DNA of 64,000 nucleotides from Fidelibacterota bacterium (GTDB lineage Bacteria; Fidelibacterota; Marinisomatia; Marinisomatales; JABMOV01). The stretch covers positions 14,589-78,588 of the forward strand of contig JBHHUC010000004.1 of NCBI GenBank assembly GCA_046861395.1, written 5' to 3'. Shown piece by piece: positions 46,057 through 56,000 of this stretch. The translations under genes were made by a program, and so were the position numbers. The notes beneath the pieces were generated by a model that was not told the origin of the DNA, searched no databases, and saw only the letters and a list, made by a program, of their open reading frames with translations. How positions within the stretch are numbered: position 1 is the stretch's first letter; each line of letters starts with the position of its first letter.

Positions 46057-47239
46057 ACCAGGTTTTCAACCGGCCCAGGCCTTCCTGAATGGCATCGGTA
46101 TTGATGCCCGAATAGGCAAACCGAATGAAGAATTCCGATTCATCGTCGGCCACCCGCCCGAAGTGATTCCGGGTACAGAAGGATACACCGGTATTGTAAA
46201 GTGCCCCATCCTGCAACTGACTGATATCGGTAAACCCTTTGCGTTCCATGATCCGCGTTACATTGGGAAAGAGGTAAAACGTACTGTTGGGCAGAGGCAG
46301 AGAAATACCGTCGATTTCGTTCAAGGCAGCTACGGCTACGTCACGACGGGATTTGAGTTCAGCCAAAATTTTCTCCGGTCCGGACGGATCTCCCGTTAAC
46401 GCTTCTGTCATCGCCCATTGAATAAAATGATTGGAACATGATTCTGCATTGGTATTGAGTTTATTGATAACATCAATCACCATTTTTGGTCCAATGGCTG
46501 CCCCCAGACGCCAGCCTGTCATCGCATATTTTTTGGAAAAAGTGTAGAGAATCACCGTGCGTTCCTGCATGCCGGGATAGGCTACGATGGAACGGGCTTG
46601 TCCGCTGTACCGTATTTCATAATAGGCATCGTCGGAAAGGACCCAAAGATCATGTTTCAAGGCTAATTCGGCCAGAGCCGCCATTTCTGCTTCACTGGAC
46701 GAAGCACTGATGGGATTCTGGTAATTATTGTAGATCAGGATGGTCGTTTTATCGGTGATGGAGTCCTCCAACTTCTCCATGTCAATGGCAAAGCCGGTAG
46801 CCGTCTCCACGTATTGATAGGGCACTGCAACACCACCCTGAAATTCAATCTGGCTTTCATAGATGGGATAGCCGGGATTGGGATAGAGGACTTCATCCCC
46901 GTGGTTCATAACGGCGGCGATAAACTTCCCGATCACCGGCTTTCCTCCCGGTTGGACCGACACATTTTCAGCAGCATACTTCACTCCGCGGCGGCGGCCC
47001 ACATCCTCGGCCAGGGCTGCTCGCAACGCCGGAATTCCAGCTCCGGGACAATATCCCGTTTTTCCGTCCCGGATCGCTTTGAAGGCCGCATCCACAATAT
47101 TCGTCGGTGTAGGCAGATTAATATCCCCCAAATGAAAAGGATAGACAGTATTCCCCTTAGCCGCCCAATCCGCCGCTTGGGCCGATACGGCAAAGGCTGT
47201 CTCTGTTCCCAGATGAGCCAATTCTTCAGATAATTTCAT
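46043..47239 (-). CDS. PLP-dependent aminotransferase, class I/II
   Basis: NP, SDDAY, TFSKKYAMTGWRLG PLP-lysine motif. Confidence 0.92.
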   Translation of the reverse strand: MKLSEELAHLGTETAFAVSAQAADWAAKGNTVYPFHLGDINLPTPTNIVDAAFKAIRDGKTGYCPGAGIPALRAALAEDVGRRRGVKYAAENVSVQPGGKPVIGKFIAAVMNHGDEVLYPNPGYPIYESQIEFQGGVAVPYQYVETATGFAIDMEKLEDSITDKTTILIYNNYQNPISASSSEAEMAALAELALKHDLWVLSDDAYYEIRYSGQARSIVAYPGMQERTVILYTFSKKYAMTGWRLGAAIGPKMVIDVINKLNTNAESCSNHFIQWAMTEALTGDPSGPEKILAELKSRRDVAVAALNEIDGISLPLPNSTFYLFPNVTRIMERKGFTDISQLQDGALYNTGVSFCTRNHFGRVADDESEFFIRFAYSGINTDAIQEGLGRLKTWFESD

Positions 47240-47247
47240 TATTGCTC

Positions 47248-47847
47248 CTATAAAATTGTTGCTAAAGCCAGTTTGATTAATTCTTCCAGTGAATCGGGAA
47301 GGGACCCGGCTTTCTCTATTTTTTTAAATGCTTTTTGTATCTGTGCCCGGTTATACCCCAGTGACAGGAGAGCATCCCTAGCATCTTTGATAATATCCGA
47401 TGATCCACTTTCACTGAAGAATTCATCGAATTCCTTATCCGACACACTGGTAAATTTATCCTTTAATTCCAAAATCATGCGCTTGGCGGTTTTGGGACCG
47501 ATCCCGGGAATGACGGTCAAGGCCTGAATGTCTCCAACAATGATTTTCTGGCGAAATTCCGCTGGTGATGTACCAGACAAAATTGTAATGGCCAATTTGG
47601 GTCCGATCCCGCTGATGCCGATCAGCAAATGAAAGATGTCCCGCTCCGATTCGGTGTAGAATCCGTATAAATCCAAGATATCCTCACGGACATGAAGATA
47701 TGTCAACAGCGTCACAGTCGTATTGGTCCCCGGCAATTTTTCATAGGTCGGAACTGTAATATGTATCCGGTAGCGGATTCCCTGAACATCCACGATGGCA
47801 TATGTCGGTTGCTTGGCTGTAAGGATTCCTGAAATTGAGTCAATCAT
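47248..47847 (-). CDS. ruvA: Holliday junction branch migration protein RuvA
   Basis: VREDILDLYGF, SGIGPK, PGIGPKTA, ALLSLGY; start moved to ATG 47847. Confidence 0.96.
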   Translation of the reverse strand: MIDSISGILTAKQPTYAIVDVQGIRYRIHITVPTYEKLPGTNTTVTLLTYLHVREDILDLYGFYTESERDIFHLLIGISGIGPKLAITILSGTSPAEFRQKIIVGDIQALTVIPGIGPKTAKRMILELKDKFTSVSDKEFDEFFSESGSSDIIKDARDALLSLGYNRAQIQKAFKKIEKAGSLPDSLEELIKLALATIL

Positions 47848-48323
47848 TTTATATTTCCCAAGTGATGAAAATGACAAATACCGATGGCCAAGGCATCGCT
47901 GGCATCCAATGGTTTGGGCGGCTCGCTCAAAGTCAGAATACGCTGGACCATGAACTGGACCTGTTCCTTGGTAGCGGCACCGTTTCCCACCACCGCTTGT
48001 TTGATCTTCCGGGGTGCGTATTCGGAACAGGGAATGCCGTAATTGGCCCCTGCCACCAACAACGTCCCCCGGGCCTGCCCCAGAGCAATGGCCGAACGAA
48101 TGTTTTTTTGATAAAACGTGTCTTCAATTGCCAATGAATCAGGTTGATAAGTTTGCATAATGGTTAATAATTCATCATGAAGGTGTTTTAATCGCAGTGG
48201 CAGCGGCCGACCGGCGGGAGGACGAATCACACCATAACAGATGGAACGAATATCCGGTCCTTTCTTTTTCAGAATGGCAAACCCCGTCACGGACAAACCG
48301 GGATCGACACCGATCACTTTCAA
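47844..48323 (-). CDS. ruvC: Crossover junction endodeoxyribonuclease RuvC
   Basis: GVDPG, AIE, LGQARG, GNGAATKEQV, DASDALA. Confidence 0.96.
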   Translation of the reverse strand: MKVIGVDPGLSVTGFAILKKKGPDIRSICYGVIRPPAGRPLPLRLKHLHDELLTIMQTYQPDSLAIEDTFYQKNIRSAIALGQARGTLLVAGANYGIPCSEYAPRKIKQAVVGNGAATKEQVQFMVQRILTLSEPPKPLDASDALAIGICHFHHLGNIK

Positions 48324-48353
48324 GGTTGAATATCCCGCCTGGCATGTCCATCC

Positions 48354-49100
48354 TCAGGCATTGGCCGACAGATCCGTCTCATTAATATCCATATTGGTAT
48401 AAATATTGTTAATGTCATCATTATCATCAAGGGCATCCAACAAATTCAATAATCGTTCCGCCTCCTTCCCTTCCACTTTCTGCAAAGTTTTCGGGATGAA
48501 ATCAAGACGGGCCGATTCCACCGTAAATCCCTTGGCTTCCAGGGCGTCCTTGACACTCATCAAAGCCGTGGGTTCAGTGGTAATGGTGTATACTTCATCT
48601 TCGGGTTCAAAATCGTCGGCCCCGGCTTCCAAAGCGGATTCGAATATTTCCTCTTCCGACCCTGCTGATGCCGGTATGACGATTTGTCCCTTTTTGTCAA
48701 ACATCCAGGCTACGCTGCCGTTTTCACCCAGATTGCCGCCATATTTACTCATGATGTGCCGGATTTCCGATACGATACGGTTCTTATTATCGGTTATAAC
48801 TTCCAGCAGGATTGCCACACCGGCGGGCCCATATCCTTCATACGTCATTTCCTCATAAACGACACCAGGAAGTTCACCCGTTCCTTTTTGGATGGCCCGT
48901 TGAATATTGTCATTGGGCATATTCGCGCCCCGGGCCGCAATGATGGCCGACCGTAAACGGGGATTGGCCGATTCATCGCCACCACCCAACCGGGCCGCAA
49001 CGGTTATTTCCTTTATCAGTTTGGTAAATATCTTGCCGCGTTTGGCATCAATGACAGCTTTTTTACGCTTAATAGTGGACCATTTACTGTGACCGGACAT
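48354..49100 (-). CDS. yebC: YebC/PmpR (TACO1) family protein
   Basis: [26 protein letters not shown]. Confidence 0.96.
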   Translation of the reverse strand: MSGHSKWSTIKRKKAVIDAKRGKIFTKLIKEITVAARLGGGDESANPRLRSAIIAARGANMPNDNIQRAIQKGTGELPGVVYEEMTYEGYGPAGVAILLEVITDNKNRIVSEIRHIMSKYGGNLGENGSVAWMFDKKGQIVIPASAGSEEEIFESALEAGADDFEPEDEVYTITTEPTALMSVKDALEAKGFTVESARLDFIPKTLQKVEGKEAERLLNLLDALDDNDDINNIYTNMDINETDLSANA

Positions 49101-49124
49101 ATTACTCCTTTAAATCTGATTTAA

Positions 49125-49153
49125 AATTTACAATCAATGGTCATTGTGACCAA
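49125..49153 (-). promoter_or_regulatory. Putative promoter of the yebC-ruvC-ruvA... operon
   Basis: TTGGTC-17 bp-TAAATT, overlapped by palindromes at 49135..49155 and 49109..49125. Confidence 0.5.
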
Positions 49154-49175
49154 TGAAAGGAACGTGTTTTATGCT

Positions 49176-49604
49176 TCACTGTGTTTCATAGACCCGGGTC
49201 CGGATAATCCAGGCCGAAGAAAATCCCTGTTGTATCAATTCTTTCTGCAATACTTCCGCTTCGTTACGAACAGGACAATTGCCGACCCGCACCTTGTAAT
49301 TAGGAGCTTCGAAATCGATATAGACTTCATTCTCATATCGTTCAACCAGTGCTTCCCTCAAACTATCGGCTTTTTCGTAAAAACGGGTCGCCAGGACCTG
49401 AACACGGTACCCGTTTATTAATTTCCCCGTTCGCTCCACGGATTTCGTTTCGAGGATGGATTCTGATTCCGGGATAAGAGGATGAACAATGGTAGGCCAA
49501 TTGGGTTCCGGGTTCTTCAGGAGGGCCGGATCTACATCGATTTTTTCTTTATCTGACTGGGCCAGCAGAAAACGGAACAGGAAGATGAACATTACTTTTT
49601 TCAA
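49176..49604 (-). CDS. Secreted SPOR-domain (peptidoglycan-binding) protein
   Basis: Short signal peptide ending FLLA-Q; GYRVQV, PNYKVRVG, GFSSAWI. Confidence 0.85.
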   Translation of the reverse strand: MKKVMFIFLFRFLLAQSDKEKIDVDPALLKNPEPNWPTIVHPLIPESESILETKSVERTGKLINGYRVQVLATRFYEKADSLREALVERYENEVYIDFEAPNYKVRVGNCPVRNEAEVLQKELIQQGFSSAWIIRTRVYETQ

Positions 49605-49661
49605 ACTATTATCGCCGCCATTTCATGGTACAATTTACACCGCGAACACGATTCCTGCCGA

Positions 49662-50402
49662 TTAAAGGTTGCGATAGGTATCCGATCGGATCCATCCTTT
49701 TTTCCCATCCAATAAAATGATCTCCGACCATTCCGGTTGCGATTGGATTATTTCCACCTTAACGCCTTCATGAATTTTAAACAGAATATCGTCGGACCGC
49801 TCAAACGGAGCGGAATAAGCGAATATTTCCATGTCCGTGATAATTGCTTCCCGAGTATCGGAAAATTCCCAGTATTTATCCAGGGCGATCATATGGCTGA
49901 TCAAAGCAATGAATACCACCGCCAAGACAATCTGGTTGCGCAGAACGGTCAAGTGCAGGAATGATCCCAGATTAAACAGAAAAGCACTCAGGAGAAATCC
50001 ACCCAAACCAATCCAGATCCATTGTTTCAGGGTGAATCCAGATTTCAGCCACCGATACCATTCTACGACAAAAAGGGTTTCCGGCATGTCAATCCGGTCC
50101 CGGACCTGGGTTTGGGCAATGGACAGGTTATAGCTGATATCATCATCCCTGGGATTCAGTTGCCGGGCCTTTTCGTAGGCCCAGATGGCCAACCCGTTTT
50201 GTCCCGACCGATAATAGGCATTTCCAAGGTTATAATACAGATCGGCATGTTCAAATCCCTGCGATAAGATCCGCTCATACTTCGCCGCTGATTCTTCATA
50301 CCGCTCTTGCTGCATGAGTGCGTTGGCATCCTGGAAGGTTGCATCCAACGTCGACTGGGCAGTCAATACCGTCAGAATGAATATGAAGCTAAGATACCGC
50401 AT
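49662..50402 (-). CDS. batE: BatE-like TPR + TM + SH3b protein
   Basis: YYNLGNAYY...AIWAYEKA TPR, two TM helices, C-terminal KIHEGVKV...DGKKGWI; start moved to ATG 50402. Confidence 0.85.
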   Translation of the reverse strand: MRYLSFIFILTVLTAQSTLDATFQDANALMQQERYEESAAKYERILSQGFEHADLYYNLGNAYYRSGQNGLAIWAYEKARQLNPRDDDISYNLSIAQTQVRDRIDMPETLFVVEWYRWLKSGFTLKQWIWIGLGGFLLSAFLFNLGSFLHLTVLRNQIVLAVVFIALISHMIALDKYWEFSDTREAIITDMEIFAYSAPFERSDDILFKIHEGVKVEIIQSQPEWSEIILLDGKKGWIRSDTYRNL

Positions 50403-52152
50403 CGATTTCTTTGATGATTTGGGCCGTATCGGATAACAAGGATTCGGCATGCGTGGCTGCACCCGGGGCAAAACGACCGGCATCGCATACGCGCAGATGT
50501 TGAACCAAACGTTCCAGTACGTCGGCGGGAATGTGCGTGGCAAATTCTTTTTCGATCAATAAAGGATCCAGGTATTCCGAACGCAGGCCGAACCGGGCCT
50601 TCAGGTAAGTATAAATCGTCCGCTCAGCTTGTTGAAAGATATCATCTTCCTTCATCTTCAATGCTTTGAGCGCCACCTTGGCAGCCTTTTTGGACTGACG
50701 GTCGGACTGCGTGCTTAAACGACCCTGATTTAATTCCCGGACAAATCCCGGGAGGGAAAAGGCAGCCCCAGCCAGTAAATACCAACCCAGAATGGCCCAG
50801 GAAAGCCCCCGGTCTTCTATCAGTTTCCAGTGAGGAGATGAGGTGCGGATATAACGAATATCCTTGCCCAGCAGAACTATTTCTTCTTTCGTGAATCCCG
50901 TACCGCTAACGGCCATTTCTTTGCCTGGCCGAACGGATAACCGCACACCCCGTGTTTTGGTTTTTTCCCAAGTCTGTCGTACCGGATCAAAATAATGGAA
51001 AACGATACCGGGGAGTAAATACGTTCCCGGTTCCCGGGGGATTAAGATATATTCCGTCGTTATCGTCCCGGAAACCTCATCCCGGAAGGGTTCCCGTTTC
51101 ACGTCAGTCGTGGGTGGAAACACCTCAATATCGGCGGGAAAATCAATCTCCGGCAAGGTTAGAATGGGCAAATTCCCTGTCCCGGACAGAATGACTCGAA
51201 ACGTGACCGCCTCATTCACACTGATCTGGGCCGTATCCAGCGATGAACGAATGGAAAATTGGCCAATTGCATTGGTAAATCCCGGTGGCGGCGGTGTTGG
51301 AAACGGACGCACTTCAATTTCATCCTCACCGGTCCGGATAATTTTCTCTACCGTCTGCTGATTACCGAAAAAGGGATCCATGGAATTGAAAAATGGATCA
51401 TCCCAGATACTTCTCCGGCGCGAGGATTTTCTTTTTTTCACTATCGCCGCGTCTATGACCATCGGTTTCAGTTTTATGGCTCCGATTTGTGTGGGAAACA
51501 AACCCACTTTGTACAGGGTGGCGACTTTATACCGTACGCCGCCGATTTGGGTATCCCGGAAGTCCACTTGCCGCGGAGCATACAATTCTTCGGTCCAGAA
51601 TCCGGTAAATTCGGGAAATTCGACCTGCTGAATCGACATATTGACTTTGGTGTACAATTTATACGTGACCGTTACCTGTTCACCGACCACCACCGATGCT
51701 TTATCAATATCGGCCTTAATGAAGACTTCCCCGGCCGGATTCTTAACACTGTTTTTCGTAACGGTTATTGTCAGAGGATTGGTATTGTACGTCTTTTTTC
51801 CCACCTTGACAGGCAAAGCCGGTATGGTAATTTTTCCCGTTCGTTTGGCGACCAAGGTCCAGGACAAACTCCGGGTGGAGGACATTTTTCCATTCACAAA
51901 TTGCATACTGGTTTGGGTGGACGGTCCACTGACAATGGAAAAATCCTGGAGAATGGCCGATATATCCGCCCGGGGTGTACTGTTGGCTTCGTGGGCTTTG
52001 ATCGTAAATGAAATCACATCATTGATGGTAACGGTATTCGCATCAATACTGGCGGTAACGGTTTGTCCCTGCAACAGCATGCCCCAGAGAACAATTCCGG
52101 CGAATAGCAGAGATTTGCTCAGATTGAGCTCAGTTAGCTTTCCTGATACCAT
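50389..52152 (-). CDS. batD: BatD-family protein
   Basis: DFSIVSGPS, VGEQVTVTYKLY, AIGQF, GTGNL, YFDP; C-terminal TM helix; start uncertain. Confidence 0.88.
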   Translation of the reverse strand: MVSGKLTELNLSKSLLFAGIVLWGMLLQGQTVTASIDANTVTINDVISFTIKAHEANSTPRADISAILQDFSIVSGPSTQTSMQFVNGKMSSTRSLSWTLVAKRTGKITIPALPVKVGKKTYNTNPLTITVTKNSVKNPAGEVFIKADIDKASVVVGEQVTVTYKLYTKVNMSIQQVEFPEFTGFWTEELYAPRQVDFRDTQIGGVRYKVATLYKVGLFPTQIGAIKLKPMVIDAAIVKKRKSSRRRSIWDDPFFNSMDPFFGNQQTVEKIIRTGEDEIEVRPFPTPPPPGFTNAIGQFSIRSSLDTAQISVNEAVTFRVILSGTGNLPILTLPEIDFPADIEVFPPTTDVKREPFRDEVSGTITTEYILIPREPGTYLLPGIVFHYFDPVRQTWEKTKTRGVRLSVRPGKEMAVSGTGFTKEEIVLLGKDIRYIRTSSPHWKLIEDRGLSWAILGWYLLAGAAFSLPGFVRELNQGRLSTQSDRQSKKAAKVALKALKMKEDDIFQQAERTIYTYLKARFGLRSEYLDPLLIEKEFATHIPADVLERLVQHLRVCDAGRFAPGAATHAESLLSDTAQIIKEIDAVS

Positions 52153-52163
52153 GGGCAAAATTA

Positions 52164-52739
52164 CTACCAGTCCTTTTTAAGTTTTCGCGATCTTTTCCGG
52201 GAAATAATTCGCTTTTGATGAATTTTTTCATCCTGTTTCAGGGCATCAAGAATTGCGGCGGCATTTTGCTTTTCCTGTGCCATTTTCTCATCATCTTCAG
52301 CCGAGCTTGCTTTCTGCTCGGCTTTTTCTTCGGAATTCTGGGAGGAATCGGCATTTTCGGGGGATGCTTCTTCCTGGTCCTGGTTTTGTTGTTGTTGGTC
52401 ATCCTGCGACGATTGATTTCCTTCTTTCGGTGGTTTTTTTTCCTGCTGTGATTGCGAATCCTGGTTACTCTGTGATTCCTGATCATCGTTCTTCTTCTGG
52501 GAATCTCCCTGGGACTGATCCTGTTGCTGGTCCTGCTCCTTCTGTTGTGACAATAATCCGTTCAAAGCATTCAATTGCGGATTATCGGGATAGAGCTTGA
52601 GTCCGTCCTGCAGGACGATTCCGGCTTCCTTGATCTGTCCCTTGGTATAATAATAGGCCGCCGTATGGAAATAATCTTCCCACCCGTTCCCGAAAAGGAA
52701 CGCCGCAATGCTGATAATCATTATGACTCGTTTCATCAA
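52164..52739 (-). CDS. Secreted protein with TPR-like helices, a Gln/Asp-rich linker and a BatC-type C-terminus
   Basis: Signal peptide, QQKEQDQQQDQSQ... linker, ending AAAILDALKQDEK...KKDW. Confidence 0.75.
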   Translation of the reverse strand: MMKRVIMIISIAAFLFGNGWEDYFHTAAYYYTKGQIKEAGIVLQDGLKLYPDNPQLNALNGLLSQQKEQDQQQDQSQGDSQKKNDDQESQSNQDSQSQQEKKPPKEGNQSSQDDQQQQNQDQEEASPENADSSQNSEEKAEQKASSAEDDEKMAQEKQNAAAILDALKQDEKIHQKRIISRKRSRKLKKDW

Positions 52740-53347
52740 CGTCCCGTGTAAATTGAATACACTTCCTGAATCTTCTGAACAAATTCTCCGTAGGAAACCG
52801 CCGTGGGATCATTTTGCAGCAAATCATTCATCAAGGCCATAGCCTCGGGATACCGCCCCTGTTTCACTAATTCTTCCGCCTGTTTTTTAACGGCTTTGGC
52901 GTGGTCTGAGGGCTCCGGTGGATTCGATTTATCATCCTGCTGGGATTGACCCTGACGGTACTTCAGGAATTCATAATTAAACCGGGTATCCTGATCGGTT
53001 GGATTCAAAGCTAAGGCGCGCTTAAAATACTCAATGGCCTGAGGTTGTTGCTGGCTATAAGCGACATGTCCCAGGTTATACAATGCTTCGGCCTTTAATT
53101 CCGCATCGTCCTGTTCCACCACCGTGGTAAAAGCCCGGGTTGCTGTTTCCAAATCACCGGATTGGAAAGCCGTTACCCCCAGACCGAACCAGGCAGCACT
53201 GTTATCCGGGTCGGAACGAAGTACGTTTTCATAATAGGAACGGGCCTGGTCAAATTCTTCATTCTTGAAATAGGCTAAACCTACATCCTCACCGGATTGG
53301 CTGAAAAGAAGCGAAAATAACAGTCCCCACAGTAGTCCGGTTCTCAT
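52736..53347 (-). CDS. Secreted TPR protein (resembles the BatC N-terminal half)
   Basis: Signal peptide ending LLFS-Q; ALYNLG, YFKRALALNP-DQDTRFNYE. Confidence 0.8.
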   Translation of the reverse strand: MRTGLLWGLLFSLLFSQSGEDVGLAYFKNEEFDQARSYYENVLRSDPDNSAAWFGLGVTAFQSGDLETATRAFTTVVEQDDAELKAEALYNLGHVAYSQQQPQAIEYFKRALALNPTDQDTRFNYEFLKYRQGQSQQDDKSNPPEPSDHAKAVKKQAEELVKQGRYPEAMALMNDLLQNDPTAVSYGEFVQKIQEVYSIYTGR

Positions 53348-53348
53348 C

Positions 53349-54359
53349 TTAATGTCTCCTTGATCCCTCCTGTCGCGCGGTCGGCAATCCGAAACCGATT
53401 AGCAAAAGGACTAATGATGTCAGAGCGAATAATTGATAACGATCCTCATAATCGGAAAATTCATGCGTACTGATAGTCCGCTTTTCCATTGTATTGATTG
53501 TTTTTACCAAATCACGGTGAACGCCAAAACGGTTATCAAACCGAATGAAGATACCACCGCCCGCTTCTGCAATTTCATTGAGGAGTCCTTCATTAAGGGC
53601 CGTCGTGATTAATTTCCCCTGCCGGTCTTTTTTATATTCCACCCGCCGGCCTTCTTTTTTTTCCGGAATCAGGGATCCGGTAATAGAACCTACACCAACC
53701 GTATGAATCGTGAATCCGACTTTATACGCTTTTCGGGCAATTTCTATGGCTTCACCTTCGTGATCCTCTCCATCCGTCACCAGGACGAGAACCTTATGCT
53801 TATCTTCATCATCCGAAAAGGCGGAAATACCCGTATTCAATGCTGTCGCCAAGGCCGTACCCTGGGTCGGAATCATACCGGTCTCAATCGATTCCAGAAA
53901 CAATAAGGCGGCTTCATAATCACTGGTTAAAGGAAGATATAAATGACTGGAGCCGGCAAAGACGATTAATGCCACACGATCTCCTTCTAGCTTCCGGATG
54001 ACCTGACCGATTTCATACTTGGCCTTTTCCAATCGGCTGGGTTTAATATCCTCGGCATTCATGCTAGTGGATACATCAATGGCAAAAACCAGATCCACTC
54101 CTTTTCTTTCAACGGGTTTGACGCGGATTCCTATCCGGGGACCGGCGCTGGCAATGATGAGCAATATCAGGCCAACGGTAATAAACCGGTTTTTCCAGCG
54201 GATGCGCTTGAAATCATAACGATGTAGCAATGTATCTCTTACCCGCGAATCGGCCTCAGTCATGGCGATACCACGGTGACGTTGGAAATAACGAACCAAC
54301 CATAGGACAGCGACCAGTAGAACCAGCAATAGAAGTACAATTGGATAACGCCAGGTCAT
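53349..54359 (-). CDS. batB: BatB-like vWA-domain membrane protein
   Basis: MIDAS DVSTSM, PSRLEKAK, PLTSDY, TDGEDH; ATG 54359 overlaps the batA stop. Confidence 0.88.
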   Translation of the reverse strand: MTWRYPIVLLLLVLLVAVLWLVRYFQRHRGIAMTEADSRVRDTLLHRYDFKRIRWKNRFITVGLILLIIASAGPRIGIRVKPVERKGVDLVFAIDVSTSMNAEDIKPSRLEKAKYEIGQVIRKLEGDRVALIVFAGSSHLYLPLTSDYEAALLFLESIETGMIPTQGTALATALNTGISAFSDDEDKHKVLVLVTDGEDHEGEAIEIARKAYKVGFTIHTVGVGSITGSLIPEKKEGRRVEYKKDRQGKLITTALNEGLLNEIAEAGGGIFIRFDNRFGVHRDLVKTINTMEKRTISTHEFSDYEDRYQLFALTSLVLLLIGFGLPTARQEGSRRH

Positions 54360-55327
54360 GGGTTGAGCCTCCTGCGCCACACTCGATTCAGAATTCGATG
54401 CAACATACCCAGGACCATGGCGGGAATAAGAAACCAACCGTACAATTCTCGATACAGGTTGAATTCCTTGATATCAATTTCCGTGCGTTCCAATTGGTCG
54501 ATTTCACGGTAAATATTTTCCAGGGATTGTACATCACGGGCCCGGAAATATTTGCCCCCCGTGCGTTTGGCAATTTCCCGCAATGTTTCTTCATCAATTT
54601 CATTGATAATGTAACCCCGGCCCGGAATCAATGTCCGCGACTGATTCGTACCGGCACCGATTGTATAGACTTTGACTCCGAACTGCGCGGCCAGGTCGGC
54701 AGCGGAGAGGGGATCCAATTCACCGGCATTATTACTGCCGTCCGATAAGAGGATAACAATTTTACTTTTCGCTTCGGAATGGCGCAGGCGATTGGTGGCA
54801 TTGGCCAATACCATACCGATAGCCGTTCCATCATATTCCTTTTCCGCAATCGTGATCTCCCGTAATAAATCCTTCAGCACTGCTTTATCGACGGTCAGCG
54901 GACACTGAATGAACGGTTCGCCGGCAAACACCAAAATACCGATTCGGTCCTGAGGACGGGCATCAATGAAAGCCAGAGCGGTTTCTTTGACCGCTTCCAG
55001 TCGGTTCGGTTTGAAATCCTCCGCCAGCATGCTACTGCTGATATCCACGGCCAAGATGATATCCACGACTTCAACGGATGTTTCCTGTAGTTTTTCACTC
55101 AAGCGGGGGCCAGTCAAACCCATGATGATCAAAGCCAGGATCAATAATTCCAGGCTGCGAAGGACTTTTATCTTTCGGTTTCCTTTCCGGATCAGAGAAG
55201 CGGCAAATAATCCGCGATCCGAAAATTGCAGGGAACCCTGACGAGAGGATAAATACCGTTGGGAATAATAATAAATGGGGATAATGAGCCCCATCAATAA
55301 ATACCAAGGATGTGCTAGTTCTACCAT
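54356..55327 (-). CDS. batA: BatA-like vWA-domain membrane protein
   Basis: MIDAS DISSSM, PNRLEA, GTAIG, SDGSNNAG, TGGKYFRA. Confidence 0.9.
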   Translation of the reverse strand: MVELAHPWYLLMGLIIPIYYYSQRYLSSRQGSLQFSDRGLFAASLIRKGNRKIKVLRSLELLILALIIMGLTGPRLSEKLQETSVEVVDIILAVDISSSMLAEDFKPNRLEAVKETALAFIDARPQDRIGILVFAGEPFIQCPLTVDKAVLKDLLREITIAEKEYDGTAIGMVLANATNRLRHSEAKSKIVILLSDGSNNAGELDPLSAADLAAQFGVKVYTIGAGTNQSRTLIPGRGYIINEIDEETLREIAKRTGGKYFRARDVQSLENIYREIDQLERTEIDIKEFNLYRELYGWFLIPAMVLGMLHRILNRVWRRRLNP

Positions 55328-55402
55328 CTACTTGAATGTATAATTACTCCGAATGGAACTTTACGAATCAGCCAACGAATTGTTTCATGAAAAATATATG
55401 CC

Positions 55403-55432
55403 AAAAAGCCCGTCCCCTAGTTGGGAACCGGC
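55403..55432 (-). terminator. Intrinsic terminator after tatA
   Basis: GCCGGTTCCC-AACTA-GGGGACGGGC hairpin (one mismatch, one G:U pair) followed by TTTTT. Confidence 0.7.
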
Positions 55433-55457
55433 GAAAATACTTGGGTCTGATTCCAGT

Positions 55458-55676
55458 TCAGGAATCAGAATCTACGTCAGCCTTTTTGGCAGCATCTTCG
55501 ATTTCCTTTTTGGCGCCATCCACGGCTCCCTTGAACTCCCGAATACCTTGACCCAGACCTTTGGCAAGCTCCGGTAATCGTTTGGCTCCGAACAAGAGCA
55601 GAATGACAAGGAAAATAAGAAGAATTTCACCGTAACCTAAATTAAACACAGCGTATTGTATGATTGGTTGGTCCAT
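55458..55676 (-). CDS. tatA: Twin-arginine translocase TatA/E subunit
   Basis: [34 protein letters not shown]. Confidence 0.95.
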   Translation of the reverse strand: MDQPIIQYAVFNLGYGEILLIFLVILLLFGAKRLPELAKGLGQGIREFKGAVDGAKKEIEDAAKKADVDSDS

Positions 55677-55712
55677 TATGTTCTCCTTGACGGCAGTAAA
55701 TTTAAACAGGGG

Positions 55713-56000
55713 TTAACGAAAATACCGTAAGAAATAATATGCGGTGGCCAATCCGATGATGGTAGTGAAGTTAATACTGATCGAAATGCCAAACTGGATT
55801 GACATAAAGCCGAGATTAAGATTAATCACACCGGACTCACTGCCGGCCAGTCCGCCCAGACTGAAATCCAGACCCAGGAGGAAGAAATCACGTACCACAC
55901 TGTCCGGCAATAACCACCCCAGCAATTGTCCGATGATGGTCCCCACCATGGCTCCAATGAACAGAATAAGAAAAATCATTGAAACTGACCGTTTATTCAT
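55713..56000 (-). CDS. Small membrane protein (DUF4321-like)
   Basis: Two hydrophobic segments around INLNLGFMSIQFGISISIN. Confidence 0.65.
   Translation of the reverse strand: MNKRSVSMIFLILFIGAMVGTIIGQLLGWLLPDSVVRDFFLLGLDFSLGGLAGSESGVINLNLGFMSIQFGISISINFTTIIGLATAYYFLRYFR

Noticed and set aside
51259..52011. 250-aa plus-strand ORF, and similar antisense ORFs such as 28549..29112, 51641..52180 and 39465..40106
   Set aside because: They lie opposite well-supported genes, have no recognisable motifs and look like shadow ORFs
52250..52560. Low-complexity CAG/GAT-rich stretch as a possible tandem repeat or array
   Set aside because: It encodes the Gln/Asp-rich linker of the BatC-like protein; no exact repeat-spacer structure
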